DNA of 64,000 nucleotides from Cupriavidus sp. GTDB lineage: Bacteria > Pseudomonadota > Gammaproteobacteria > Burkholderiales > Burkholderiaceae. Made by a program: the position numbers and the translations under genes. Shown here piece by piece: positions 50,282 to 59,600 of the stretch (positions are counted from its first letter, which is position 1; every line of letters starts with the position of its first letter). The stretch is taken from NCBI GenBank assembly GCA_031181345.1, contig JAPSLC010000009.1, forward strand, positions 59,532 to 123,531, given 5' to 3'. The notes below the pieces were generated by a model. The model was given only the letters and a program-made list of their open reading frames with translations. It did not search any database and was not told the origin of the DNA.

Positions 50282-50462
50282 GCTGGCGCTCCTTTGCGGT
50301 TGAGAGATCGTGCGACGCGGCCCTTGGCCGGTCGCGGCGCGATTCTCATCCGCGCCGGAAGGCGCGCTTTAGCATTCGGAGGGGTTCTTTCGCGGGCCGC
50401 AGCACAGTCCGGTGGCGTGCGGGCAGCCGGCGAAGGGAAAAGAAAAAGCGGTCGCAGGCGCC

Positions 50463-51275
50463 TTACGCGCCGATGCGATTGGCCAGCTCGACGTACTCGG
50501 CCACCGGCACCTCTTCGGCACGGCGGCTCAGGTCGAAGCCGATCGCGTCGAAGTCGACGTGATCGCGCAGCATCGACAGCGTGTTGCGCAGCACCTTGCG
50601 GCGCTGCGAGAACGCGGCGGTGACCAGATCGCCCAGCACCGTCATGTCGCACGCGGCGTACGGCGAGCGCAGCCGGCCGTCCTCATGGCGCGGCCACGGA
50701 ATCATCCGCACCACCGCCGAATCGACCTTGGGCGGCGGATTGAACGACTCCGGCGGCACGTCGAGCACGTACTCCATGTGGTAGCGCACCTGCAGCATGA
50801 TCGACAGCCGCCCGAAGGCCTTGCTGCCCGGCTCCGCCACCATCCGCTCGACCACCTCCTTCTGCAGCATGAAATGCTGGTCGCGCACGTGGTCGGCAAA
50901 CTCCATCAGATGGAACAGCAGCGGGCTGGAGATGTTGTACGGCAGATTGCCGACGATGCGCAGCGGGCGCCCCGGCTGCTTCAGCGCATCGAAGTCGAAG
51001 GCGAGCGCATCGCCCGCGTGGATCGTCATGCGCTCGCCGTAGCGGCGGCGCAGCCGTTCGACCAGGTCGCGGTCCAGTTCGACCACGTGCAGATGGTCGA
51101 GCCGCTCGAGCAGCGGCTCGGTCAGCGCGCCCAGCCCGGGACCGATCTCGACGACCAGGTCGCCAGCCTGTGGATCGATGGCATTGACGATGCCATGGAT
51201 GATGCCGTCGTCGACGAGGAAGTTCTGGCCGAATCGCTTGCGGGCCGTATGGCCCTGGTGCACAGGGGAACGCAT
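50463..51275 (-). CDS. rsmA: 16S rRNA m6,2A1518/1519 dimethyltransferase
   Basis: [49 protein letters not shown]. Confidence 0.97.
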   Translation of the reverse strand: MRSPVHQGHTARKRFGQNFLVDDGIIHGIVNAIDPQAGDLVVEIGPGLGALTEPLLERLDHLHVVELDRDLVERLRRRYGERMTIHAGDALAFDFDALKQPGRPLRIVGNLPYNISSPLLFHLMEFADHVRDQHFMLQKEVVERMVAEPGSKAFGRLSIMLQVRYHMEYVLDVPPESFNPPPKVDSAVVRMIPWPRHEDGRLRSPYAACDMTVLGDLVTAAFSQRRKVLRNTLSMLRDHVDFDAIGFDLSRRAEEVPVAEYVELANRIGA

Positions 51276-51285
51276 CGATGTCTCT

Positions 51286-52404
51286 TCAGTGTCCGGCCGG
51301 CGGCTCGCCATGCAGGCCCCGCCCGGTATGGCCGACCATCGCGATCGCGCAGCGGATCGCCTCGATCATGCTGCCGTGTTCGGCGCGGCCCGTGGCGGCC
51401 AGGTCCAGCGCGGTGCCGTGGTCGACCGAGGTGCGGATGAACGGCAGGCCGAGCGTGATATTGACGCCATGGCCGAAGGTGCCGTATTTCAGCGGCGCCA
51501 GGCCCTGATCATGGTACATGGCCAGCACGCAGTCGGCATCGCGCAGCAGGCGGGGCTGGAACAGCGTGTCGGCCGGATAAGGCCCGCGCGCATCGATGCC
51601 GGCCCCGCGCGCCTTGGCCAGCGCCGGCGCGATGATGTCGATCTCCTCGCGCCCGAGGTGGCCGCTCTCGCCCGCGTGCGGGTTCAGGCCGGTCACGAGG
51701 ATGCGCGGATGGGCCAGGCCGAAGCGGCGCCGCAGGTCGGTGTCGACGATCGTCAACGTCTCCAGCAGCATCGGCACGTCCAGCGCATCGGGCACGGCGC
51801 GCAGCGGCAGATGAGTGGTGGCCAGCGCCACCCGCAGCATCGCGTTGGCATGCGCCGGCTGCGGGCCGGCCAGCATCATCACGACGCGCGACACGCCCGC
51901 CCGCTCGGCCAGATATTCGGTATGGCCGGTAAAGGGCACGCCGGCGTCATTGATGGTGCTCTTCTGCACCGGCGCGGTGACCACCGCGGCATAGCGTGCA
52001 GCCTGCCCCGGCTCCGGTTGCAGGCCGGCCAGCGCCGCATCGAGCAGCGCCAGCACATGGCGGCCGTTGCGCGCGTCGAGCACGCCGGCCGTGCAAGGCG
52101 CCGCCAGCGGGATGTCCTCGACGACCGCCTCGCCCGCATCGAGCTTTCGCTGCCACGCCTGCGCCAATCCGAGCGCCGCGGCGCGCTCCGCCAGCAGCCG
52201 CGCGTCGCCGAGCACATGAAAGCGGTGGCCCGCCTGCGCGCCGGCCAGCTCGAGCACCGCGCGGATGGTGATGTCCGGGCCGATGCCGGCCGGCTCCCCG
52301 GTCGTGATCGCGATCGGCAGCGGTCCCATCGAATCCATTGAATGCGACGTGGCCGGATGCGATGGAGCGGGCTGGGCGGAAGGTGTGGCAGACGGCGCGG
52401 TCAT
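51286..52404 (-). CDS. pdxA: 4-hydroxythreonine-4-phosphate dehydrogenase
   Basis: [39 protein letters not shown]; exact start uncertain (52404/52341/52332). Confidence 0.95.
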   Translation of the reverse strand: MTAPSATPSAQPAPSHPATSHSMDSMGPLPIAITTGEPAGIGPDITIRAVLELAGAQAGHRFHVLGDARLLAERAAALGLAQAWQRKLDAGEAVVEDIPLAAPCTAGVLDARNGRHVLALLDAALAGLQPEPGQAARYAAVVTAPVQKSTINDAGVPFTGHTEYLAERAGVSRVVMMLAGPQPAHANAMLRVALATTHLPLRAVPDALDVPMLLETLTIVDTDLRRRFGLAHPRILVTGLNPHAGESGHLGREEIDIIAPALAKARGAGIDARGPYPADTLFQPRLLRDADCVLAMYHDQGLAPLKYGTFGHGVNITLGLPFIRTSVDHGTALDLAATGRAEHGSMIEAIRCAIAMVGHTGRGLHGEPPAGH

Positions 52405-52461
52405 CGTGGTCGCGGAACGGAGGCCATGACGGAGCCAAAAACGGATCCGTTGGCGGGTCCC

Positions 52462-53970
52462 TTAGCGGGTGGCCTCGCGGTTGGTCCGGTATTCGACATA
52501 GGCGGCCTCGCGCAACTGGCGCAGCCAGTCCTCGTAGGCGGCGCGCAGCTTCTGCTCGCGCACCTCCGCGCGGGCGAAGTCGCGCTGCTTCTCCGGCGAC
52601 ACATCGACCTCGCGGCGGTTGTCGACCTGGATCAGGTGCACGCCGAACTGGCTGGTGACCGGCTCGGAAACCTCGCCCGGGCGCAGCCGGTTCATCGCCT
52701 GCTCGAACTCCGGGACCAGCTCGCCCGGCGACACCCAGCCGAGCTCGCCGCCGTTCTGCGCCGAACCGTCCTGCGAATAGCGCTTGGCGATATCGGCGAA
52801 CTTGGTGCCGTGCTGGATGCGGTCGCGCAGCGTGGACAGCTGGCGGCGCGCCTCGGCCTCGGGCATGTTCGGGCCGGTGCGAATCAGGATATGGCGCACC
52901 TGGGTCTGCGTGATGCGGCTCGGCGCGACATCGCCGCCGGCAGGCGCGGTCCGCTTGCCGGCGAGCTTGATCACATGGAAGCCGGCCGGGCTTTCGACCA
53001 CCTCCGGCACCACCTTGCCCGGCTGCAGATCGAGCACGGCGTTGGCGAACTGCGCCGGCAGGCGGCCGATCTCGCGGTAGCCGAGCGAGCCGCCCTTGGC
53101 GCCTTCGGCACCGTCGGAATTGTTCTGCGCCAGCTGCGCGAAGTCCGCGCCGCCCTGGGCCTGCTTCAGCAGCCCCTCGGCCTTGGCGCGCAGCTGCGCC
53201 TTCTGCGCGTCGCTGGCGCCCTCGGGCACGCGCACGAAGATCTGGGCGACGTCGTACTGCGCCTCGCCGGTCGGCGCGGCGCCGCTGCGTGCCGCGCGCG
53301 CGGCCAGGTAGTTGTCGATCTCGCCGTCGAACACCTGCACCTTGGAATCGACCTCGCGCTCGCGCAGGCGGATCACCTGTACCTGCTTGCGCAGCTCGCT
53401 GCGGTACTTGTCCCAGGTCATGCCGCTGCGATCGACCTGCGCACGCAGATCGGCCACGCTGATGCGGTTCTGCTGCGCGACCGATTCGATCGCGCGATCG
53501 ACTTCCTGGTCGGTTACGCGGATGCCGGCGTCCTGCGCGGCCTGGGTCTGCACGCGCTCCATCACCAGCCGTTCCAGCACGTCGCCGAGCAACTCCTCGC
53601 GGGGCGGAATCGGCCGGCCGGCGGTGCGCAGCTGGTTCTCGATCTCGTCGGTGCTGTCGAGCAGCTCGCGCCGCGTGATCACGGTGTTGTTGACGATCGC
53701 CACCACCTCGTCGACCAGTTGCGAGCGACCGGTGCGCTGGCCCGAACCCAGCCGCGGCTGGGTCGGCGAAGTCGGCGGCGTGGCCTGCGAGCCTTGCGGC
53801 ACGAAGATGCCGCTGGGGCGCTGCCCCGAACCGGCGTTACCGGGCGCCTTGAGCTGCGCCGCCGCCGGGACGGCCACGCAGGCGAGCAATGCCGACAGCA
53901 CGATGCCGCGCGAACGCCGCGACGAAGCCGCGGCAACGGAAACTACGGAGACTGCTTGACGCTTCATCAT
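52462..53970 (-). CDS. surA: periplasmic chaperone/PPIase SurA
   Basis: Signal peptide, VDEVVAIVNN, two parvulin domains (HILIR, GGELGW, GVHLIQV). Confidence 0.93.
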   Translation of the reverse strand: MMKRQAVSVVSVAAASSRRSRGIVLSALLACVAVPAAAQLKAPGNAGSGQRPSGIFVPQGSQATPPTSPTQPRLGSGQRTGRSQLVDEVVAIVNNTVITRRELLDSTDEIENQLRTAGRPIPPREELLGDVLERLVMERVQTQAAQDAGIRVTDQEVDRAIESVAQQNRISVADLRAQVDRSGMTWDKYRSELRKQVQVIRLREREVDSKVQVFDGEIDNYLAARAARSGAAPTGEAQYDVAQIFVRVPEGASDAQKAQLRAKAEGLLKQAQGGADFAQLAQNNSDGAEGAKGGSLGYREIGRLPAQFANAVLDLQPGKVVPEVVESPAGFHVIKLAGKRTAPAGGDVAPSRITQTQVRHILIRTGPNMPEAEARRQLSTLRDRIQHGTKFADIAKRYSQDGSAQNGGELGWVSPGELVPEFEQAMNRLRPGEVSEPVTSQFGVHLIQVDNRREVDVSPEKQRDFARAEVREQKLRAAYEDWLRQLREAAYVEYRTNREATR

Positions 53971-53976
53971 GGTCCG

Positions 53977-56400
53977 TCATTCGTAATGGTCGAACTGGGT
54001 CTGAGGGATCGGCGCGGCCGAGACAGGCTCGTAGCCAGGCACGTTCAACCTCATGATATCCAGCGGATTGGAGCCGATCTTCGACAGGCCGCGGAACTCC
54101 ACCTGCAGAAACACCCGGCCGGTGTAGCCCTGCGTGGTATTGCGAAAACGCTGGTAGGCGATCCGGCCGACCCAGCAGTCGGCGGCGTATTCGAGCCCCA
54201 GCAGCGTATCGACCAGCTGGTTGGCGCTCATGTCGTAGGCGACACGCCCGATGCCGTAGGTCCGCCGCGTGATCGGCCACTGGCTCGAGATCTCGAACTG
54301 GTCGATCGCGGTATTGTCGGTCACCGTGGTCGGACGCCGGTAGCGATAGCCGACGTTCAGCACCTTGCGCGCCTCGGGCCGCCACGCGAACGCGATGTTC
54401 GACTGGATCACCCGGTCGTTTTCCGGGTTGTACTGCATCCCGGCATTGATGTAGTAGCCGCGGAACAGCTGGATCGTGGTGGCGGCCAGCAGATCGGAAT
54501 AGCCGCTCTCCGCGTCGTCCAGCGTGCCGGTCAGCTGCACGCGCTGGCCGCTGAAGTCGAAGCGCTGCGCCAGCGTACCACGGAAGCGTTCGATGCCCGT
54601 CTCGGACTCGATCAGGCGTGTCGTCAGGCCCGCGGTCAGCTTGTTGTTGTCGGCGATGCGGTCGTAGCCGGTAAACGGGTTCTCGCTGAAGATCTGCCCG
54701 TAGCCGAAGTCCGACTGCACCGTGTCGAACAGCGGGAACGCGCTCTGGTCGCGGAACGGCGTGTAGACGTAGAACAGGCGCGGTTCCAGCGTCTGCAGGT
54801 ACTTGGTGCCGAACAGCCGGCTGATGGTCGGCGCGTCGCGCTCGAACGTCATGCCGCCGTCGATGCTGAAGGTCGGCACCGAGCGCGTCAGCGTGTTGTT
54901 CGCGCCCGGCGTGTTGGTCGACGGCTCCATCTGGTACTGGGCCGCGTTGAACATGACCTTGGGCGTCACGAACCAGCCCGGGCGCACGATCGGATAGCTG
55001 ATCGACGGCTGGATGAATACGCGCTCGCCCTGCGGCTGCTGGAAGCCGGTGGTCGTCAGCGGGATGCGAAAGCGCGTGTAGTCGGCCTCGACCTGCACGT
55101 CGAAGCCGCCCCAGTTGTAGCGCGTGAACTTGCCGTTCAACTGCGGCACGCGTTCGTAGGTCGGCTGGCTCGGCGCCAGGGTCTGGAAGGTCTGTACCCG
55201 CGCCAGCAGCGAGAAGTCCTGCCAGTTGTAGGTGACCCCGCCCTCCTGCGTGTACTGCCGCAGCGTCGACTGCGCCACCGTGCGGGTCAGGTCGTCCGGA
55301 TAGCGGTCGTCCGATACCCGGTTCAGGTTCACATAGGCGTTCAGGCCCTTGGCCAGGTTCTGGCTATGCTGGATCGAGTACAGCCAGCGGTCCGAATTGG
55401 TCTTCTGGTCGTTCGGCAGGAATTCGCCGCGAATGCGGCCCGCATAGCCGTTGCCGATATAGCGGAAGTCGCCGCCGAGCTGCACGCCGCGTTCGCTCAT
55501 CACGCGCGGATACAGCGTCAGGTCGCGGTTCGGCGCGATATTGAAGTAGTACGGCACCGTCAGGTCGAAGCCCGAACGCGAGCTGTAGGCCATCAGCGGC
55601 GCAAGGAAGCCGCTGCGGCGCTCGTCCGTCAGCGGGAAGGTCACCGCCGGCGCGGCCAGGATCGGCACATCGAAGAAGCGCAGCACGGCGCCGTGCGCGG
55701 TGCCGACCTGGCGGTCGCTGTCCAGGTCGAGCTGGCGCGCGCTGAAATACCAGTCCGCGTTGTCGGGCGAACAGGTGGTGTAGGTGGCGCGCTGGATGGT
55801 GCTCTGGTCCTTGTTCAGGAAGTCGATGCGCTCGGCCGTGCCCGAGCCGCCGGTCTGCTGGAAGTAGTAGTCCGGCGACAGCATGTAGCCTTCGTTGGCT
55901 TCGACGCGCAGCCTGGCTTCGGGGCCGACCGCCAGCGTGCCTTCGCGCGAGAGCCGGACATTGCCGCTCGCCAGCGCCTCGTCGCTGTCCTGGTCGTAGG
56001 TCAGCTTGTCGGCCTTGATCACGGCGCCGTCGCTGCGCAGCTCGGCATTGCCCTGCAGCTCCAGCCCGCGCTCGTTGTACCCGGTCATGCTGTCGCCGGA
56101 AACATAGGTCGGCGCACTGGGATCGCCCTGCGCGCCGCGCCAGGTGGCCGGCTCCGACAGATAGGGGATCAGTTCGCCGGGGCGCGGGGGCTGGCGCGGG
56201 TCCGCTGCCTCGGCCGTGGGCTCCGCCGCCGGCAGCGCGGGAATCGCCGAGCCGACCGCCTGGCCTTGCGCCTGCGCGCCCAGCGACCAGCCGGCCATGG
56301 CCAGCACCAGCGGGCGCAGGGCCCGGACTGGCCGGCGCGCGGACTGGCGGCCCGGCGCCTGGATTGCGGTGTGATTCGGTGATCGTTGTTGTTCGGTCAT
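53977..56400 (-). CDS. lptD: LPS assembly outer membrane protein LptD
   Basis: OstA-like N-domain, YTTC, RRSGFL, PYYFNIAPNRD, LEPRLFYVY, EYAADCW, FLQVEFRGL; start MTEQQ at 56400 inferred. Confidence 0.95.
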   Translation of the reverse strand: MTEQQRSPNHTAIQAPGRQSARRPVRALRPLVLAMAGWSLGAQAQGQAVGSAIPALPAAEPTAEAADPRQPPRPGELIPYLSEPATWRGAQGDPSAPTYVSGDSMTGYNERGLELQGNAELRSDGAVIKADKLTYDQDSDEALASGNVRLSREGTLAVGPEARLRVEANEGYMLSPDYYFQQTGGSGTAERIDFLNKDQSTIQRATYTTCSPDNADWYFSARQLDLDSDRQVGTAHGAVLRFFDVPILAAPAVTFPLTDERRSGFLAPLMAYSSRSGFDLTVPYYFNIAPNRDLTLYPRVMSERGVQLGGDFRYIGNGYAGRIRGEFLPNDQKTNSDRWLYSIQHSQNLAKGLNAYVNLNRVSDDRYPDDLTRTVAQSTLRQYTQEGGVTYNWQDFSLLARVQTFQTLAPSQPTYERVPQLNGKFTRYNWGGFDVQVEADYTRFRIPLTTTGFQQPQGERVFIQPSISYPIVRPGWFVTPKVMFNAAQYQMEPSTNTPGANNTLTRSVPTFSIDGGMTFERDAPTISRLFGTKYLQTLEPRLFYVYTPFRDQSAFPLFDTVQSDFGYGQIFSENPFTGYDRIADNNKLTAGLTTRLIESETGIERFRGTLAQRFDFSGQRVQLTGTLDDAESGYSDLLAATTIQLFRGYYINAGMQYNPENDRVIQSNIAFAWRPEARKVLNVGYRYRRPTTVTDNTAIDQFEISSQWPITRRTYGIGRVAYDMSANQLVDTLLGLEYAADCWVGRIAYQRFRNTTQGYTGRVFLQVEFRGLSKIGSNPLDIMRLNVPGYEPVSAAPIPQTQFDHYE

Positions 56401-56557
56401 GCGAGCGGGTCGTCGGTCGGACGGCGGGACGGTTGCGCAGAACCGCCGCAGCCACCGTCCAAACAGGCTTCCAGGCACAGGACGGCCCGCCTGGGAGCCG
56501 CCCGGCGCCCGGGTCTGGTCGGGTATTATACGGGGCAACTTATCGACCCTTTCCGGC

Positions 56558-57601
56558 ATGGCAGCACTTCCCCTCGACCCGCGCCAGGACCAGCTCAAAG
56601 CGTGGGTGTCCGGACTCGCTCCGGATTGGTCCATCGATCCCCAATCCTGCGTACCGGCATCGGCCGATGCCAGCTTCCGCCGCTACTTCCGGCTGCGCAC
56701 CGACAACCCGGCGCATCCGACCGTGATCGCGATGGACGCCCCGCCCGCGCGCGAGGACTGCCGCCCCTTCATCCATGTCGCGGCGCTGTTCGGCGAGGCC
56801 GGCGTCACGGTACCGACCGTGCTGGCTCAGGACCTGTCGCAGGGCTTCCTGCTGCTGACCGACCTGGGCAACACCACCTATCTGTCGAAGCTGGACATCA
56901 CCACCGCGCGCACGCTGTACGGCGACGCCGCCGCGGCGCTGGTCAAGATCCAGGCCGCGACCCGGCCCGGCGCGCTGCCGGCCTACGACCGCGAACTGCT
57001 GCAGCGCGAGCTGGACCTGTTCCCGCAGTGGTACGTGGCGCGCCATCTCGGCGTCGAGCTCGACGCCAGCCAGCAGGCGGATCTGGCCGAGGTCATGGCA
57101 ACGCTGCTGGCCAACAACCTGGCCCAGCCGCAGGTCTACGTGCACCGCGACTACCATTCGCGCAACCTGATGGTGCTCGACGAGGGAGACGAACGCGGCA
57201 ACCCCGGCATCCTCGACTTCCAGGACGCGGTGATCGGCCCGATCACCTACGACGCGGTCTCGCTGTGGCGCGACGCCTATATCGAATGGGACGAGGAGCT
57301 GCAGCTGGACTGGCTGATCCGCTACTGGGAGCGCGCCCGCAAGGCCGGCCTGCCGGTGGCCGGCGACTTCGGCGAGTTCTATCGCGACTTCGAATGGATG
57401 GGCCTGCAGCGCCATCTGAAGGTGCTCGGCATCTTCGCGCGGCTCTACCATCGCGACGGCAAGGATGGCTACCTGGCCAACCTGCCGCTGGTGCTGAAGT
57501 ACGCGCGCGCGGTGGCCGGCCGCTACGGCGAGCTGCGCAAGCTGGTGCGGCTGTTCGATACGCTCGAAGGCGTCGAGCGCCCGGCTGGCTACACCTTCTG
57601 A
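56558..57601 (+). CDS. amgK: anomeric MurNAc/GlcNAc kinase AmgK (aminoglycoside phosphotransferase fold)
   Basis: SADASFRRYFR, HRDYHSRNLM, ILDFQDAV, GLQRHLKVLGIFARL; divergent from lptD. Confidence 0.88.
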   Translation: MAALPLDPRQDQLKAWVSGLAPDWSIDPQSCVPASADASFRRYFRLRTDNPAHPTVIAMDAPPAREDCRPFIHVAALFGEAGVTVPTVLAQDLSQGFLLLTDLGNTTYLSKLDITTARTLYGDAAAALVKIQAATRPGALPAYDRELLQRELDLFPQWYVARHLGVELDASQQADLAEVMATLLANNLAQPQVYVHRDYHSRNLMVLDEGDERGNPGILDFQDAVIGPITYDAVSLWRDAYIEWDEELQLDWLIRYWERARKAGLPVAGDFGEFYRDFEWMGLQRHLKVLGIFARLYHRDGKDGYLANLPLVLKYARAVAGRYGELRKLVRLFDTLEGVERPAGYTF

Positions 57602-58332
57602 TGGATCCGGCCCGCAGTCCCACCCGGCGCGGCGAATGGTGGGCGGGCGTACGCGCGCTGGCCCCGATGCTGCTCGGCGTGGTGCCGTTCGGCCTGATCT
57701 ACGGCGTGCTGGCGGTCGGTGCCGGCATGCCCGCGTGGCTCGCCTGCGCGATGAGCGCGATCGTCTTCGGCGGCGCCTCGCAGATGATCCTGACCCAGTT
57801 GTGGGCGGCCGGCACGCCGGCGGCGATCATCGCCACCACGGTGGCAATGGTCAATCTGCGCCACGCCCTCTATTCGGCCACGGTTGCGCCCGCGCTCGCG
57901 CATCTGCCGCGCCGCTGGAAGGCGCTGATCGCCTATCTGCTGACCGACGAGGCCTTTGCCGCGATGACGCGGCGGCTCGGCGACGACCCGGCGCAACGGC
58001 GCTACCGGCACTGGTACTTCTTCGGCGCGGGCTTTGCGCTGTGGAGCAGCTGGCAGCTGTCGACGCTGGCCGGCGTGCTGGTCGGCGCCCATGTGCCGCG
58101 CCACTGGCCGCTGGACTTCTTCCTGCCGCTGACCTTCATCGCCATCATCGTGCCCGGCCTGAAGCACCGCTCGCACATCGCCGCGGCGGTGACCGCCAGC
58201 GTGCTGGCGGTGCTGTGCTACGGCGTGCCGCACAAGCTCGGCCTGATGGCCGCGGCGCTCGGCGGCATCGCGGTCGGCATGCTGCTGCTGCCGCGCCAGA
58301 GCGGCCCCGCCGGCAAGGAGCGCGCCGCATGA
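57601..58332 (+). CDS. azlC: AzlC-family transporter permease
   Basis: MSAIVFGGASQM, MVNLRHALYS, LLTDEAFA, LDFFLPLTFIA; ATG overlaps the amgK TGA. Confidence 0.88.
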   Translation: MDPARSPTRRGEWWAGVRALAPMLLGVVPFGLIYGVLAVGAGMPAWLACAMSAIVFGGASQMILTQLWAAGTPAAIIATTVAMVNLRHALYSATVAPALAHLPRRWKALIAYLLTDEAFAAMTRRLGDDPAQRRYRHWYFFGAGFALWSSWQLSTLAGVLVGAHVPRHWPLDFFLPLTFIAIIVPGLKHRSHIAAAVTASVLAVLCYGVPHKLGLMAAALGGIAVGMLLLPRQSGPAGKERAA

Positions 58333-58652
58333 GCCCGTGGATGCTGCTCGGCGTGATGGCGGCCGCTGGCCTGGCCACCTATCTGATCCGCCTGTCCTTC
58401 ATCGCCGTCGAGGGCAAGGTGCACCTGCCCGCGTGGTTCCGCACCGCGCTGCAATTCGTGCCGGCGGCGATGCTGTCGGCGCTGATCGCGCCCGACCTGC
58501 TGATGCGCGATGGCCATCTGGCCATCGGCCTCGACAATGCCCGCCTGATCGCCGGCGTGGTGGCCATCGCGATCGCCGCGCGCACGCGCAGCATCGGCTG
58601 GACCATCGCCGGCGGCATGGCCACCCTGCTCGTCCTGGAGACCCTGATTTGA
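58329..58652 (+). CDS. azlD: AzlD-family small membrane protein
   Basis: TYLIRLSF, LQFVPAAMLSALIAP; 107 aa; ATGA overlap with azlC. Confidence 0.85.
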   Translation: MSPWMLLGVMAAAGLATYLIRLSFIAVEGKVHLPAWFRTALQFVPAAMLSALIAPDLLMRDGHLAIGLDNARLIAGVVAIAIAARTRSIGWTIAGGMATLLVLETLI

Positions 58653-59395
58653 AAGCGATGATCTTCGCCGCCGGACGCGGCGAGCGCATGCGCCCGCTGA
58701 CCGATGGCTGCCCGAAGCCGCTGCTGCAGGTCGGCGGCAAACCGCTGATCGTCTGGACCATCGAGGCGCTGGCCCGCGCCGGCCTGACCGAGATCGTCAT
58801 CAACCACGCCTGGCTGGGCGAGCAGATCGAGGCCGCGCTCGGCGACGGCAGCCGCTACGGCGTGCGCCTTGCCTATTCGGCGGAAGTCGAAGCGCTGGAG
58901 ACCGCGGGCGGGATCGCGCAGGCGCTGCCGCTGCTGCGCGAAGGCGCCGGCAGCGATGGCACTGGCGGCGATGGCAAGGGCGAGATCTTCGTCGCGGTAT
59001 CGGGCGACATCTATTGCGACTACGACTTCCGCGCGCTGTTGCCGCGCGCCGCCGCGATGGCCGGCACGCCCGAGCCGCGCATGCATCTGGTGATGGTGCC
59101 CAATCCGCCGTTCCACCCCGAGGGCGACTTCGCGCTCGGCGCCGACGGCAAGCTGTCGTTGCCGGGCGATGCGCCGCTGGCCGACGGCGCGGCGCGCCTG
59201 ACCTTCGGCAACATCGGCCTGTACGACACGCGCACCTTCGCCGGCATCGCGCCCGGCCAGAAGGTGCCGATGACGCCGTTCTACCGCGCCGCGATTGCGG
59301 CGGGCCTGGCCAGCGGCGAGCGCTTCGCGGGCCGCTGGGAGAACGTCGGCACGCCCGCGCAGCTGGCCGCGCTGGACGCCGCGCTGTCGCGCTAG
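58649..59395 (+). CDS. murU: MurNAc-alpha-1-phosphate uridylyltransferase MurU
   Basis: TTG start; KAMIFAAGRGERMRPLT..PKPLL, LETAGGI, HLVMVPNP..HPEGDF, WENVGTP. Confidence 0.88.
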   Translation: MKAMIFAAGRGERMRPLTDGCPKPLLQVGGKPLIVWTIEALARAGLTEIVINHAWLGEQIEAALGDGSRYGVRLAYSAEVEALETAGGIAQALPLLREGAGSDGTGGDGKGEIFVAVSGDIYCDYDFRALLPRAAAMAGTPEPRMHLVMVPNPPFHPEGDFALGADGKLSLPGDAPLADGAARLTFGNIGLYDTRTFAGIAPGQKVPMTPFYRAAIAAGLASGERFAGRWENVGTPAQLAALDAALSR

Positions 59396-59412
59396 CCGCA
59401 CGGTCGCTGCTT

Positions 59413-59493
59413 GTCGTCCCCGCGTACGCGCGGACCCAGCGGCTTGAACAGCGGTCTCTGAAGTCACTGGGTTCCCGCCTGCGCGGGGACGAC
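59413..59493. repeat. REP-like inverted pair, family B
   Basis: 27-nt arms GTCGTCCCCGCGTACGCGCGGACCCAG (59413-59439) and CTGGGTTCCCGCCTGCGCGGGGACGAC (59467-59493), 4 mismatches; each arm is itself palindromic. Confidence 0.82.
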
Positions 59494-59600
59494 GGAAGAC
59501 GGCGGAAGACGATGGAAGGCAGCGGCCGCAGGTTTTCGCTGCGACCGGCGTTAGAATCGGGCCATTGCCCACTGCCTGCCCGATGCGAGTCGGTCCCCTC

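Noticed and set aside
52342-56382. 1346-aa plus-strand ORF and other long antisense/shadow ORFs (for example 39234-41924, 24019-25929, 21137-23479)
   Set aside because: They lie antisense to well-supported genes (surA/lptD, glyS, MFS, kinase), lack motifs, and are the expected result of stop-codon scarcity in high-GC DNA.
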